DNA of 64,000 bases. Source: an uncultured Desulfobacter sp. (GTDB lineage: Bacteria; Desulfobacterota; Desulfobacteria; Desulfobacterales; Desulfobacteraceae). Positions within the stretch are counted from its first letter, which is position 1. Each line of letters begins with the position of its first letter. The notes below the pieces were generated by a model, which was not told the DNA's origin, ran no database searches, and was given only the letters and a program-made list of their open reading frames with translations. Positions 43,183 through 51,674 of this stretch are shown here, one piece after another. The translations under genes were made by a program, and so were the position numbers. The stretch covers positions 64,001-128,000 of the forward strand of contig OY762069.1 of NCBI GenBank assembly GCA_963665095.1, given 5' to 3'.

Positions 43183-45213
43183 TTAAATCGCCACGTTCAA
43201 ACCGATCAGCACATTAAATCCCGATAACGGGTAGAGTGTTTCACTGCCGGGATCTCCACCGCCGTAACCAACAGCGCTTTCATCAAAAATGTTGTTGGCA
43301 GCAGCATAGAGCTCAACTTTGCCGAATTGTTTTGCATATCGGGCGTTTAAAAGCCAAAAGCCTTCTTCTTCATTGGTGTTGGCATAGTTGAGATATTGCC
43401 TGCCTGTATAAACAGGATTAATTGAAATATCGCCCAAAGTTTTGTGGCGGTACCCCAGCCTCAACGCAAATATTATTTCCGGCACACCGGTCAGGTGATT
43501 CCCGGAATAGCCCACGCCTTCGCTGATAAAATCATCAAACTTGGACTCCTGCCAGGTAAAACTGGCCGATGAATAAAAGCCATGGGGCAGTGTGGCATGG
43601 GCCCCCATTTCCACACCCTTGGTGCTGGTTTCTCCCGCGTTTTCATATTGTCCGGTCCAAAAGTCTGCGGTAGGCCTGACAAATTTATCGGTTACTTTTT
43701 GCCAGAAAACAGCGACATTGTAATCCAGCCAATGGGAAATATTGCCGCGAAAACCAACTTCATAAGCATAAAGCTTTTCCGGTTCCAGCTCACCATTGGT
43801 GAACCATTGCCGTAATCTTACCGGGCTTTTTATGCCGCTGTTAAATCCTGCGAACAGGTTTACTTCATCACACAACTGGTAGGTAAGGCCGATCTTGGGG
43901 CTGACAGCGTCGTGTTCTGAAGACCAGGTAGTGGAACTTGCCATATTGGCGACCTGGGCCAGATCAAAATAGTCGTAGCGAATGCCCGCGCTGATGGTAA
44001 GTGCCTCGGTTATTCCCAGCTCATCCTGCAGATACGCCGCATAACTTTTGTCTTCCCGTGAAAAGTCTTTGTTTTTGGATGTCAGGTCATGAAAACTTGT
44101 GGCAATATACCTTATTCCATGAAGATCATGATACCGATACTCCCCGCCAATCACCAGCTTGTTTGCCATGCCCCCGATGTCATGGTTAACGGTCATGCGT
44201 ACTTCCGGGTGCACCACCGTTGAATCAGCACCCATATAAAAATAACCGCTGAAGGATCTCCAGCTTGTATCCTGGGCCTCCAATTTGCACATGAGGTCAT
44301 GGTCTCCAAGGCTTTGGTCATAAACAAGGGCGCCTAAGCTTTCTTCGGTTTCAAAATAGTAATCAGGCCCGGCATTGGGATTCTGGGTGGGATCTTCATC
44401 AAATTGTTCCCGGGTCAGGCTTGCCGTGTAATTCCCCTTTGAATCCTTGTAGGACCCATGGAGAGTAAGGCTGGAATTATTGTTCAGGGTACGCTTCAAG
44501 GTGGTATATACATTGTTGACATCAAAATACCCCTCATCCTGATAGGAATCTTCACGTGATACGGAAGCGTCAACGTAGTATTCCCAATTTTCATTGGCGC
44601 CGTTTATCACGGTGTAGCCGCTGCCGCCACCCAGGCTGTTATAGGCAATGCCGGCCTTGGCTTCCAGGGGCGCCTTGGCCTGCCGTGTAATGATGTTGAT
44701 AACGCCGCCCAGGGCCTGGTCCCCATACTCAGCCGACGGGGTTTTGATGATCTCAATGCGCTCTATATCATGCACAGCCAGGCGCCCGGCCCTCATGGCC
44801 CCAGTGCCATTATTGAATTCAATGCCGTTGACCATCACCAGCATTCCCCACTGGGAAACTTCACTGCCCCTGCTGCTCACCGAAATATCGGCATCCACAG
44901 AGTTGGCGGGGAAAAAAAGGCCTGGTATATTCATCTCCCGCAGCAGGGTGAGCGGGTTGTAATGGCCCGGATATTTTTCTATCTCTTCTTTGGATATGAC
45001 GGTGATATTGGTGGGTATTTTATCCACTTGGGTGTTCATTTTGGTTGAGGTGACAATGATTTCGCCAAGATCGGCAGCGTTTAAATCGTTTTTATCATCC
45101 CGGGCCCACCCGGCAGGGCCGGATAAAAATAGGATCATGAGGGTGATAAAGGCAACGTAAAATATTGATATACGGTTACTGCGTAATCCTTTCTCCTTAA
45201 CTGCGTCAAACAT
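43183..45213 (-). CDS. TonB-dependent receptor
   Basis: IIVTSTK, IERIEIIK, GGVINIITR; ATG at 45213 with AAAGGA upstream. Confidence 0.92.
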   Translation of the reverse strand: MFDAVKEKGLRSNRISIFYVAFITLMILFLSGPAGWARDDKNDLNAADLGEIIVTSTKMNTQVDKIPTNITVISKEEIEKYPGHYNPLTLLREMNIPGLFFPANSVDADISVSSRGSEVSQWGMLVMVNGIEFNNGTGAMRAGRLAVHDIERIEIIKTPSAEYGDQALGGVINIITRQAKAPLEAKAGIAYNSLGGGSGYTVINGANENWEYYVDASVSREDSYQDEGYFDVNNVYTTLKRTLNNNSSLTLHGSYKDSKGNYTASLTREQFDEDPTQNPNAGPDYYFETEESLGALVYDQSLGDHDLMCKLEAQDTSWRSFSGYFYMGADSTVVHPEVRMTVNHDIGGMANKLVIGGEYRYHDLHGIRYIATSFHDLTSKNKDFSREDKSYAAYLQDELGITEALTISAGIRYDYFDLAQVANMASSTTWSSEHDAVSPKIGLTYQLCDEVNLFAGFNSGIKSPVRLRQWFTNGELEPEKLYAYEVGFRGNISHWLDYNVAVFWQKVTDKFVRPTADFWTGQYENAGETSTKGVEMGAHATLPHGFYSSASFTWQESKFDDFISEGVGYSGNHLTGVPEIIFALRLGYRHKTLGDISINPVYTGRQYLNYANTNEEEGFWLLNARYAKQFGKVELYAAANNIFDESAVGYGGGDPGSETLYPLSGFNVLIGLNVAI

Positions 45214-45352
45214 GTTTTTTCCTTTCAAACCATATCCGATTGTTATGAACCAGCTATTCCATTCCAGATGATCATTCGGATAAACATATATATGGGCAAT
45301 GGTTGACGCGGCTATCACATCCGTTCAATTATTTATCATCCGCGTTCATTTT

Positions 45353-46357
45353 TTATACATGTTCATTCTGGCGGTAATGGCTTGGGGGCATGCCAAAAAA
45401 ATCCCGGAATGCTTTTGCAAAATGGCTGGAACTTGAATAGCCTAACGAATACGCGATCTGTGTCATGCTCAGGTCTTGGTTTTCAACCATCCGCCTGGCC
45501 TTTTCAATGCGTTTGATGCGAAGATACTCCATGGGAGACATGCCGAACAGCTGGTTAAACCCATGGTATAACTTGGTTCGGGATACACCGATTGTCCTGG
45601 CCAGTTCCATGACATCGGGAGGAGAGGAAAGATTTTTTGACAGCAACTCCCCTGCAAAGTGAATTCTGTCGGCGTCATTGGATCTGACTGTTACGTCTTT
45701 TTTGAAGGTTTTCCCGGTTGGCCTGATCTGATCAAGTTTACAGGCAATCAGTTCCATTGCCTTGCCTTCAATAAAAATACGGCGGGCAGCACCCTGGTAG
45801 GGGCATGCAAAAAGCTGCTGCAAAATAACCCGCATGGAAGGCGTTAAAACCCCCTCGGTATGATAGGGTTCGAAAACGTCCGCATTGGCACCGGGTGACA
45901 TGTTCAACTTAAAAGGCAGGCAATCTTTTTCTTCTTCCAGTAAAGGAAAAAACAAAGACGGTTTAATAAGGATCAGGGCCTTGTGAATATGTGTTTTGGG
46001 CATATCCTCATGGGAACTTATCATGTTGGGTGAATAAAAAAATCCACTGTCATCGGAGGTTACCGTCAAAGGGGTTTTGAAGCACTCAAATTTGAGTCTG
46101 GTGTGTCCTGAAAGGCAAAAGCGAAAGCCAAAACAAGGTGAACCGCCGTTATTGTAAGAGCCTAATGTTTCAAACGTTTGATAGTTGTGAAGCAAGACGG
46201 CAAGGCCGCTTTTAAAATGAAACTCTTTTAATGTCCCTGTTCCTATCCCGGGCCGGATGCCCCAGCAGGTTTCAAAACCAGTGGTCTTTAATTTAAAATA
46301 GTCCAACGACGTCATATCATTTATCGATTTTCGCCCACCCCTTTTTTTTCCATTCAT
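45353..46357 (-). CDS. AraC family transcriptional regulator (PchR-like)
   Basis: FIEGKAMELI, LGYSSSSHFAKAFRDFFG. Confidence 0.92.
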   Translation of the reverse strand: MNGKKRGGRKSINDMTSLDYFKLKTTGFETCWGIRPGIGTGTLKEFHFKSGLAVLLHNYQTFETLGSYNNGGSPCFGFRFCLSGHTRLKFECFKTPLTVTSDDSGFFYSPNMISSHEDMPKTHIHKALILIKPSLFFPLLEEEKDCLPFKLNMSPGANADVFEPYHTEGVLTPSMRVILQQLFACPYQGAARRIFIEGKAMELIACKLDQIRPTGKTFKKDVTVRSNDADRIHFAGELLSKNLSSPPDVMELARTIGVSRTKLYHGFNQLFGMSPMEYLRIKRIEKARRMVENQDLSMTQIAYSLGYSSSSHFAKAFRDFFGMPPSHYRQNEHV

Positions 46358-46444
46358 TTTTATCCCCTTGCAGCGTATATCGGCTGGTTTTTATTGGCAG
46401 CTCTGTGTTGAAACCGGTCAAAAATCAATTTGAAACGCGGGGCA

Positions 46445-46596
46445 TAAAAAAAGCCGGGAATACCGGATGGAGTTAATACCCCGGCCTTCCTGGCTTTAGC
46501 TGTTACTATTTGGTTGGTAATTAATTGTTTGGTATCAACGGTTTCAGCACCGTCATTTAAGAATTGTTAGGTACATCACTTTCCTGTTGGTGTCAA
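46445..46596 (-). promoter_or_regulatory. Leader with TTGACA, 5' hairpin and intrinsic terminator (attenuator-like) upstream of AraC
   Basis: TTGACA at 46596-46591; ACGGT/ACCGT hairpin; GCCGGGG...CCCGGC-T7 with competing AAAGCCAGGAA. Confidence 0.55.
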
Positions 46597-46762
46597 GAAA
46601 TACCAGGGCAATCACAAGTAATCTGTGTACAGGTTATTAAATTAAATTTTCGATCGGGAGGGCCACCCCAATATATTGTGGTTTCAGAATTCAGGCCCCA
46701 GGCGGCCACTGATACCAATATCTGTCGCTCTGCTATTCCTTAAAAATTCTGATTTTTTGCGA

Positions 46763-46814
46763 TCTTAACGGTTCAAAATCACCGGCTTGCCCGTGTGAAT
46801 TTTGTTTGTTGAAA
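46763..46814 (-). other. attC-like site (somewhat degenerate)
   Basis: Minus strand TTTCAAC..AATTCAC..GGTGATT..GTTAAGA, 8 nt after the ATPase stop codon. Confidence 0.6.
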
Positions 46815-46822
46815 ATCAATTT

Positions 46823-47956
46823 TCAGGATAAGGTTAATTTTGACAACCATTTTGATGCAAGCCTGATTTCTGCTCCGTTTGGAAAAGTCTTTTCCCTATT
46901 AAGTTTTTTAGAAACTTGGACCATTTTTATTTCAGGGAAGAATTTTTTAAATAAATCAAAATTGGGGCTCAAGTTATTGTCGTTCCATTTGACCTCTACT
47001 AATAGAGAAGGGGTGTTGTTTTTTGAAATACAGAAATCAATTTCTTTGCCATCCTTATTTTTCACATAATACAAATTCCCTTCTTCTCCCAGGCAATCTT
47101 CCAAAAAATGTAATTCCTTCTGGATTGCACAGGCCACTGCATTTTCCAGTTTAATACCCTGCTCACCTAAAACCTGCCCCGTATCATAAAAGTAAAATTT
47201 AGGAGCTTTTTGAATAGCCCTGGCAATATTTTTATGGAAGGGCGGGACTTTAAAAAGCACATACATGTTTTCAAGTATTGTTAACCACCTTTTTACTGTT
47301 TTATCTGAACATTGCAGATCCTGGGCCAGGGAACTATATGAAACTGGACTCCCCACACGATGCTTTAACAATTGGATCAATGTTTCAATCTGAGTGATCT
47401 GCTGAACATTCTCTATTTCAATGAGATCCTGTTTTAAAATGATATCAAGATGGGATTTTTTCCAGCGATTATAAAAACGGACTGTCCCGTTTAAAAAAGG
47501 CTCTGGAAATCCACCAAACGATAGAAGCTTGTCCAGTTCAACTTCAGGGTCATCTGGTTTTAATACCGTATGGATTTCTTTAAGATCCAATGGATGCAAT
47601 CTGAATTGGAAAAATCGACCTGCCAGAGAATCTCCAACTTTTTTATAGGTGTCTAACCTGGCACTGCCTGTGACAAGTAATGACGGAGGAATGCCTTCCT
47701 TATCATAAATTCCCTTTATCCATGATTTCCAATTTTTCAGCTTATGCAATTCATCAAAGATAATAAGAGGTTTTGACCTGTCCCATGATCTTTCCTGTAA
47801 GCCCAATCTATCATCAACATTGTCATAGTTGAAATAATCAAAGTCATCCTTAAGCATTTTTGACAATGTTGTTTTTCCAGTCTGGCGCGGCCCGGTCAGC
47901 AGGATGATCTTTTTATCTAAATCGGCTTTAATATATTTTGTGAGATATCGTTTCAT
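46823..47956 (-). CDS. AAA_14-type ATPase with DUF4143-like C-terminal domain
   Basis: GPRQTGKTT, IFDELH, TGSA, GGFP, PKFYFYDTG, EIDF...EVK. Confidence 0.9.
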   Translation of the reverse strand: MKRYLTKYIKADLDKKIILLTGPRQTGKTTLSKMLKDDFDYFNYDNVDDRLGLQERSWDRSKPLIIFDELHKLKNWKSWIKGIYDKEGIPPSLLVTGSARLDTYKKVGDSLAGRFFQFRLHPLDLKEIHTVLKPDDPEVELDKLLSFGGFPEPFLNGTVRFYNRWKKSHLDIILKQDLIEIENVQQITQIETLIQLLKHRVGSPVSYSSLAQDLQCSDKTVKRWLTILENMYVLFKVPPFHKNIARAIQKAPKFYFYDTGQVLGEQGIKLENAVACAIQKELHFLEDCLGEEGNLYYVKNKDGKEIDFCISKNNTPSLLVEVKWNDNNLSPNFDLFKKFFPEIKMVQVSKKLNREKTFPNGAEIRLASKWLSKLTLS

Positions 47957-48039
47957 AAAGACTATTTTGGCATCTATTCCGAAATAGTCAAGACTTTTCC
48001 GGAAAGAAGTCCGAAATAGTCAGCTTTTACAAATCGTAA

Positions 48040-48087
48040 TTTTAACGTGAAAATCACCGGTTTATCCGGTGCATTTTCTGGTTAGAA
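48040..48087 (-). other. attC-like site, 48 bp
   Basis: TTCTAAC-N5-AATGCACC-GGATAAACC-GGTGATT-N5-GTTAAAA; one unpaired base at L'' position 4. Confidence 0.75.
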
Positions 48088-49023
48088 TTAAGTATTGTGT
48101 CCCCCGAATTTCCCGCATCTCCAATCAGACCGGGCCTCTTTTTTAAAAACTGTTCTCACCTTATCCATAAAGCTTCTCAAAATAGGCGAGATCCATTTTC
48201 CCCGATACCATATCATCAAGACAGCAGTTTCAAGGGGCTCCTGTTCCCAATTCAGAGATGTCAGGTTACCTTCAGAAATCTCTGCTGCCGCTGCAATATC
48301 GGGCATTATGGTAATTCCGAGACCCTTTGAGACACACTGTTTAATCGCCTCTATACTGTTCATTTCCACTAAAGATGCTGTTTCAATTTTTTCTTGCATG
48401 AGCCACTGTTCAACAATCATCTTATAACTGCAATCATGCTTAGGTAAAAAGACGATTTCACCAGATAAATCTGTAATCAAAACGCTTTTCTTTTGGGACA
48501 GGTAATGAGTAGGGGAAGCAAACATTGCCAGAGTTACTGTTCCTAAAAACTCAGTTTTCAGTTCTGAAAAATCAACAGAGTCAGCCAACAGAAAAGCAAT
48601 GTCGGTAATTCCGGATTTAAGCTCATTGGGCAGGTTTTGATATTCACAGCTAGCCACGTCAAAGTCTATATTGGGATAGGATTTGTAAAATTCCTGTAGG
48701 ATATCAGGAAGAAAATAGGTTCCAAGGGTTTGGGGAATTCTTAAAGACAGTTTCCCTTGGGGTGTTTTTACTTCAGAAACTGTTGCCAATGCTTCTTTTT
48801 CCATCGCACAGATTTTCTGTGCATATTGTACCAGATCCCTGCCAGCCCCTGTTAATTCAATGGTTTTTCCCTTCCTCTGAAAAAGGCGCTTTCCTAACTC
48901 CTCTTCCAAAATTTTAATCTGGGCAGATATGGTGGACTGGGCATAGTTCAATGTTTCGGCAGATTTTCTAAAATTGAGCAACCTCGCCACAGTTAAAAAG
49001 GTCTTCAGGTTTCGGATCTCCAA
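48088..49023 (-). CDS. LysR family transcriptional regulator
   Basis: LKTFLTVARLLNFRKSAETLNYAQSTISAQIKILEEELG. Confidence 0.93.
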   Translation of the reverse strand: MEIRNLKTFLTVARLLNFRKSAETLNYAQSTISAQIKILEEELGKRLFQRKGKTIELTGAGRDLVQYAQKICAMEKEALATVSEVKTPQGKLSLRIPQTLGTYFLPDILQEFYKSYPNIDFDVASCEYQNLPNELKSGITDIAFLLADSVDFSELKTEFLGTVTLAMFASPTHYLSQKKSVLITDLSGEIVFLPKHDCSYKMIVEQWLMQEKIETASLVEMNSIEAIKQCVSKGLGITIMPDIAAAAEISEGNLTSLNWEQEPLETAVLMIWYRGKWISPILRSFMDKVRTVFKKEARSDWRCGKFGGHNT

Positions 49024-49204
49024 GCAGCCCCCTCTGATCATAAAATTCGATCAAAAGCTTCAATTAATTTCATTGGACACAAAAATATCGATAATATATA
49101 CAGGCCTGAAAATCAAATACTTTTTGTGGACATTTAAAATGTTCGGTCTGACGATGTCTTATGACAGACGTCATTTACTATGAAAAAAGAAAAAGGAGAA
49201 AATC

Positions 49205-49726
49205 ATGAAAAAGCAAGTATCTTTAACATTTTTGCTGATTGTTAGTATCGTCTGTTCTATTCCATTGGCGGCCTTGTCTGGAGAAAACCCTCCGCCTTAT
49301 CAAGTAAAAGTTAAAAGCCGTGAAGTAACAAACAGGATTGTTGAATCCTATGTCCGAGGCCATAAGGTGTTGGCAGATCAGCCTAAAAATTTTGGAGCCG
49401 ATGATTTGGCACCGACCCCGCCGGAATACTTGGCCGTAGCCTATAGCACCTGTGTTGTATCCACCCTTCGGTTCGTGGCGATGCTGGACAAGCTGGACAT
49501 CAAAAATATTGAAGTCCAAGTGGAAGGAGAGGTTGACTTCTCAAAAGCAATGGGGCTTGATACGACGAAAAGGGCTGGACTTTTTGGCTTAAATGTCAAG
49601 ATCAGCTTTGAGTCGACCATGACCAAAAGCGAACAGCAAGCATTTGTCGATAAAGCAATGGAACGGGGTGCTGTTCTTGACAATGTTCGTAACAAAACAC
49701 AAGTCTTATATGAAATTATAAACTAA
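49205..49726 (+). CDS. OsmC/Ohr-like protein with signal peptide
   Basis: DQPKNFGADDLAPTPPEYL...C; second Cys absent (ERGAV). Confidence 0.85.
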   Translation: MKKQVSLTFLLIVSIVCSIPLAALSGENPPPYQVKVKSREVTNRIVESYVRGHKVLADQPKNFGADDLAPTPPEYLAVAYSTCVVSTLRFVAMLDKLDIKNIEVQVEGEVDFSKAMGLDTTKRAGLFGLNVKISFESTMTKSEQQAFVDKAMERGAVLDNVRNKTQVLYEIIN

Positions 49727-49841
49727 TTTGAAATACCGGCTTTTATTTATACTCTGCAACGCGACAAATCACGGGTCGGGTGCAAATTGGGTCAAATGGG
49801 GTACATTGTCAATGACCGCACAAAATTGATCCAGTTGCCCA

Positions 49842-49930
49842 AAAAAACGTTGAGTTAAGCGGAAAAATTATAACCCAAAAACAACGTAAAACCCGGCGGG
49901 TACTTTTCCGTCTTCAACTCTTTGTTACAT
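49842..49930 (-). other. attC-like site, 89 bp
   Basis: ATGTAAC-N5-GTTGAAGA-CGGAAAA...TTTTCC-GCTTAAC-N5-GTTTTTT. Confidence 0.72.
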
Positions 49931-50186
49931 TAACCGGGTCGAAGCCTCGCAGTTGATTTCTTGGGTAAAAGCAGGGGAATCCTTATTTTCAAACTTAGAT
50001 TTAACAGCACAGATTCTAAAATTTGCCTGGTAAAATTGAGTGAGCATTAAGATTCTTCCTTCTACTTAATCCGGTCAGGCTTGAAAAAGAGCCGAAAAAC
50101 CTGGTACCGGAGCGGATTGCCGATACGAGTCCCTGACAGGGAACTGCCTATTTTGATATCGGTAATTGTTTCCAAAGTAAAGCTTT

Positions 50187-51419
50187 TTATAGTTCCCCTG
50201 ATTTAGCCGGAATTTGCTTGGCCTTGGTTTTTGGTAAGTCGTCTTTCACCACGTTGCCATGACCGTCCAGCACCAGGATCGTTATCATGTTCCCTTTGCC
50301 GCAGGCCGGGCATTGAGGCGTCTGTTCTTTCAGGGGTTCAGGATCAGGGGTATCCCGGTCATTCAATGCCTGGCGTATTTCCGATATATTTCGTCCTGCC
50401 TGCCCGTTGGCCAGAAACCCATAATATCTGATCCGATGAAAGTGTTTTGGAAGAACATGCAAAAGGAAACGATCAATGAAGCTCATTACCGGTAAAGAAG
50501 TTGTTTCCCACTTGGATTTATTCCGGGTGTTTTTAAACCAGAACTCCACAGTCTCGTTGTTAACGGATATAATCCTGTTGTTGCTGATGGCTGTTGAATG
50601 GGTGTATCTACCGATATATTTAACGACTTCGGCTGGACCTGAGAATGGTGGTTTGGAATATACCACCCAGTCTTTTGGAGCGGTATGGTACAGCCATTGC
50701 CTGAATGCGCAGGGTTTTGAAAGATGAGCCAGTTCATCCGGGATGTTTAATCGTCCTCGACCGTGGGCTGCAATAAGGCCGCTAAGGAACTTTGCCCTGA
50801 ATACATTTGAAAGCGCTTTGACCGGAAACAGGAATGTTGAGCTGTACTTGGGCTCCACCCATTCCCCATAAGTGTTTATTCCGCCTGCAGTGACAATGAA
50901 ATGGATGTGGGGATGCAGCCAGAGTTTGCCGCCCCAGGTGTGGAGGATACCGTAGAACCCGATCTTGGCTCCAAGACGCTTTGGATTCTCCCCGAATTCC
51001 AGCAGGGTCTGGGAGGCGCTTTCAAACAACAGGTCATACATTACCCGCCGGTTGAACCGGCACAAAGGGTTGAAGATATCCGGCAATGTGAAAACGCAGT
51101 GGTGATAGGACACCGGAAGCAGATCGTTGATCCTGGCCGTCACCCATCTGTGACGGGCGATATTGTTTCAACCCGGACAATGGCGGTTCCGGCAGGAGTT
51201 GTATCCTTTTTCAAGGTGGCCGCATGTGTCGCATAGCTCCCAGTGGGTGCCAAATTCTCCGCGTCGACAATGCTCGATATCGTACATAACCTTGTGTTGC
51301 CTGGGGTGCAGGCGGTGTGCTGATCTGAAGGGAGGACCGTATTTTCTAAATATATCTCCGACGCTTGGACCGGTTTCGGGTTTTTCAGGGAGCTTGGTAT
51401 GGCTGCAAAGTGTTTTCAT
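50187..51419 (-). pseudogene. IS91-family (HUH, Y2) transposase with one in-frame TGA at 51168-51170
   Basis: NSCRNRHCPG*, HCVFTLP, LHTWG...HPHIH, YIGRYTH, RIRYYGFL; both ORF-track pieces are in the same frame. Confidence 0.9.
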
Positions 51420-51442
51420 CGGTTATCGAAGCCCGCAGCGTA

Positions 51443-51552
51443 GGAGAACGGGAGGCGCAGGCTGCAATGATTTATGACAGGCGTGGCATTTGCGCAGTTT
51501 GCAAATGACATGACTGGCAGAAATCTTGCGTCTGGGCGTCCCCCCGTTCTCC
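51443..51552. repeat. ~110-nt imperfect palindrome upstream of the IS91-like transposase
   Basis: GGAGAACGGG...CATTTGC/GCAAATG...CCCGTTCTCC. Confidence 0.75.
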
Positions 51553-51674
51553 GGAAAAGTTTGCACCATAGATTATGAAGTCCTTATTTTATAGGCGTTT
51601 CGAGCTCTGCAGTTGGCTTCAAGATGTTGCATTCACCGTCCAGGTTTAATGTAACGTCAAAATCTGCGGTTTAT

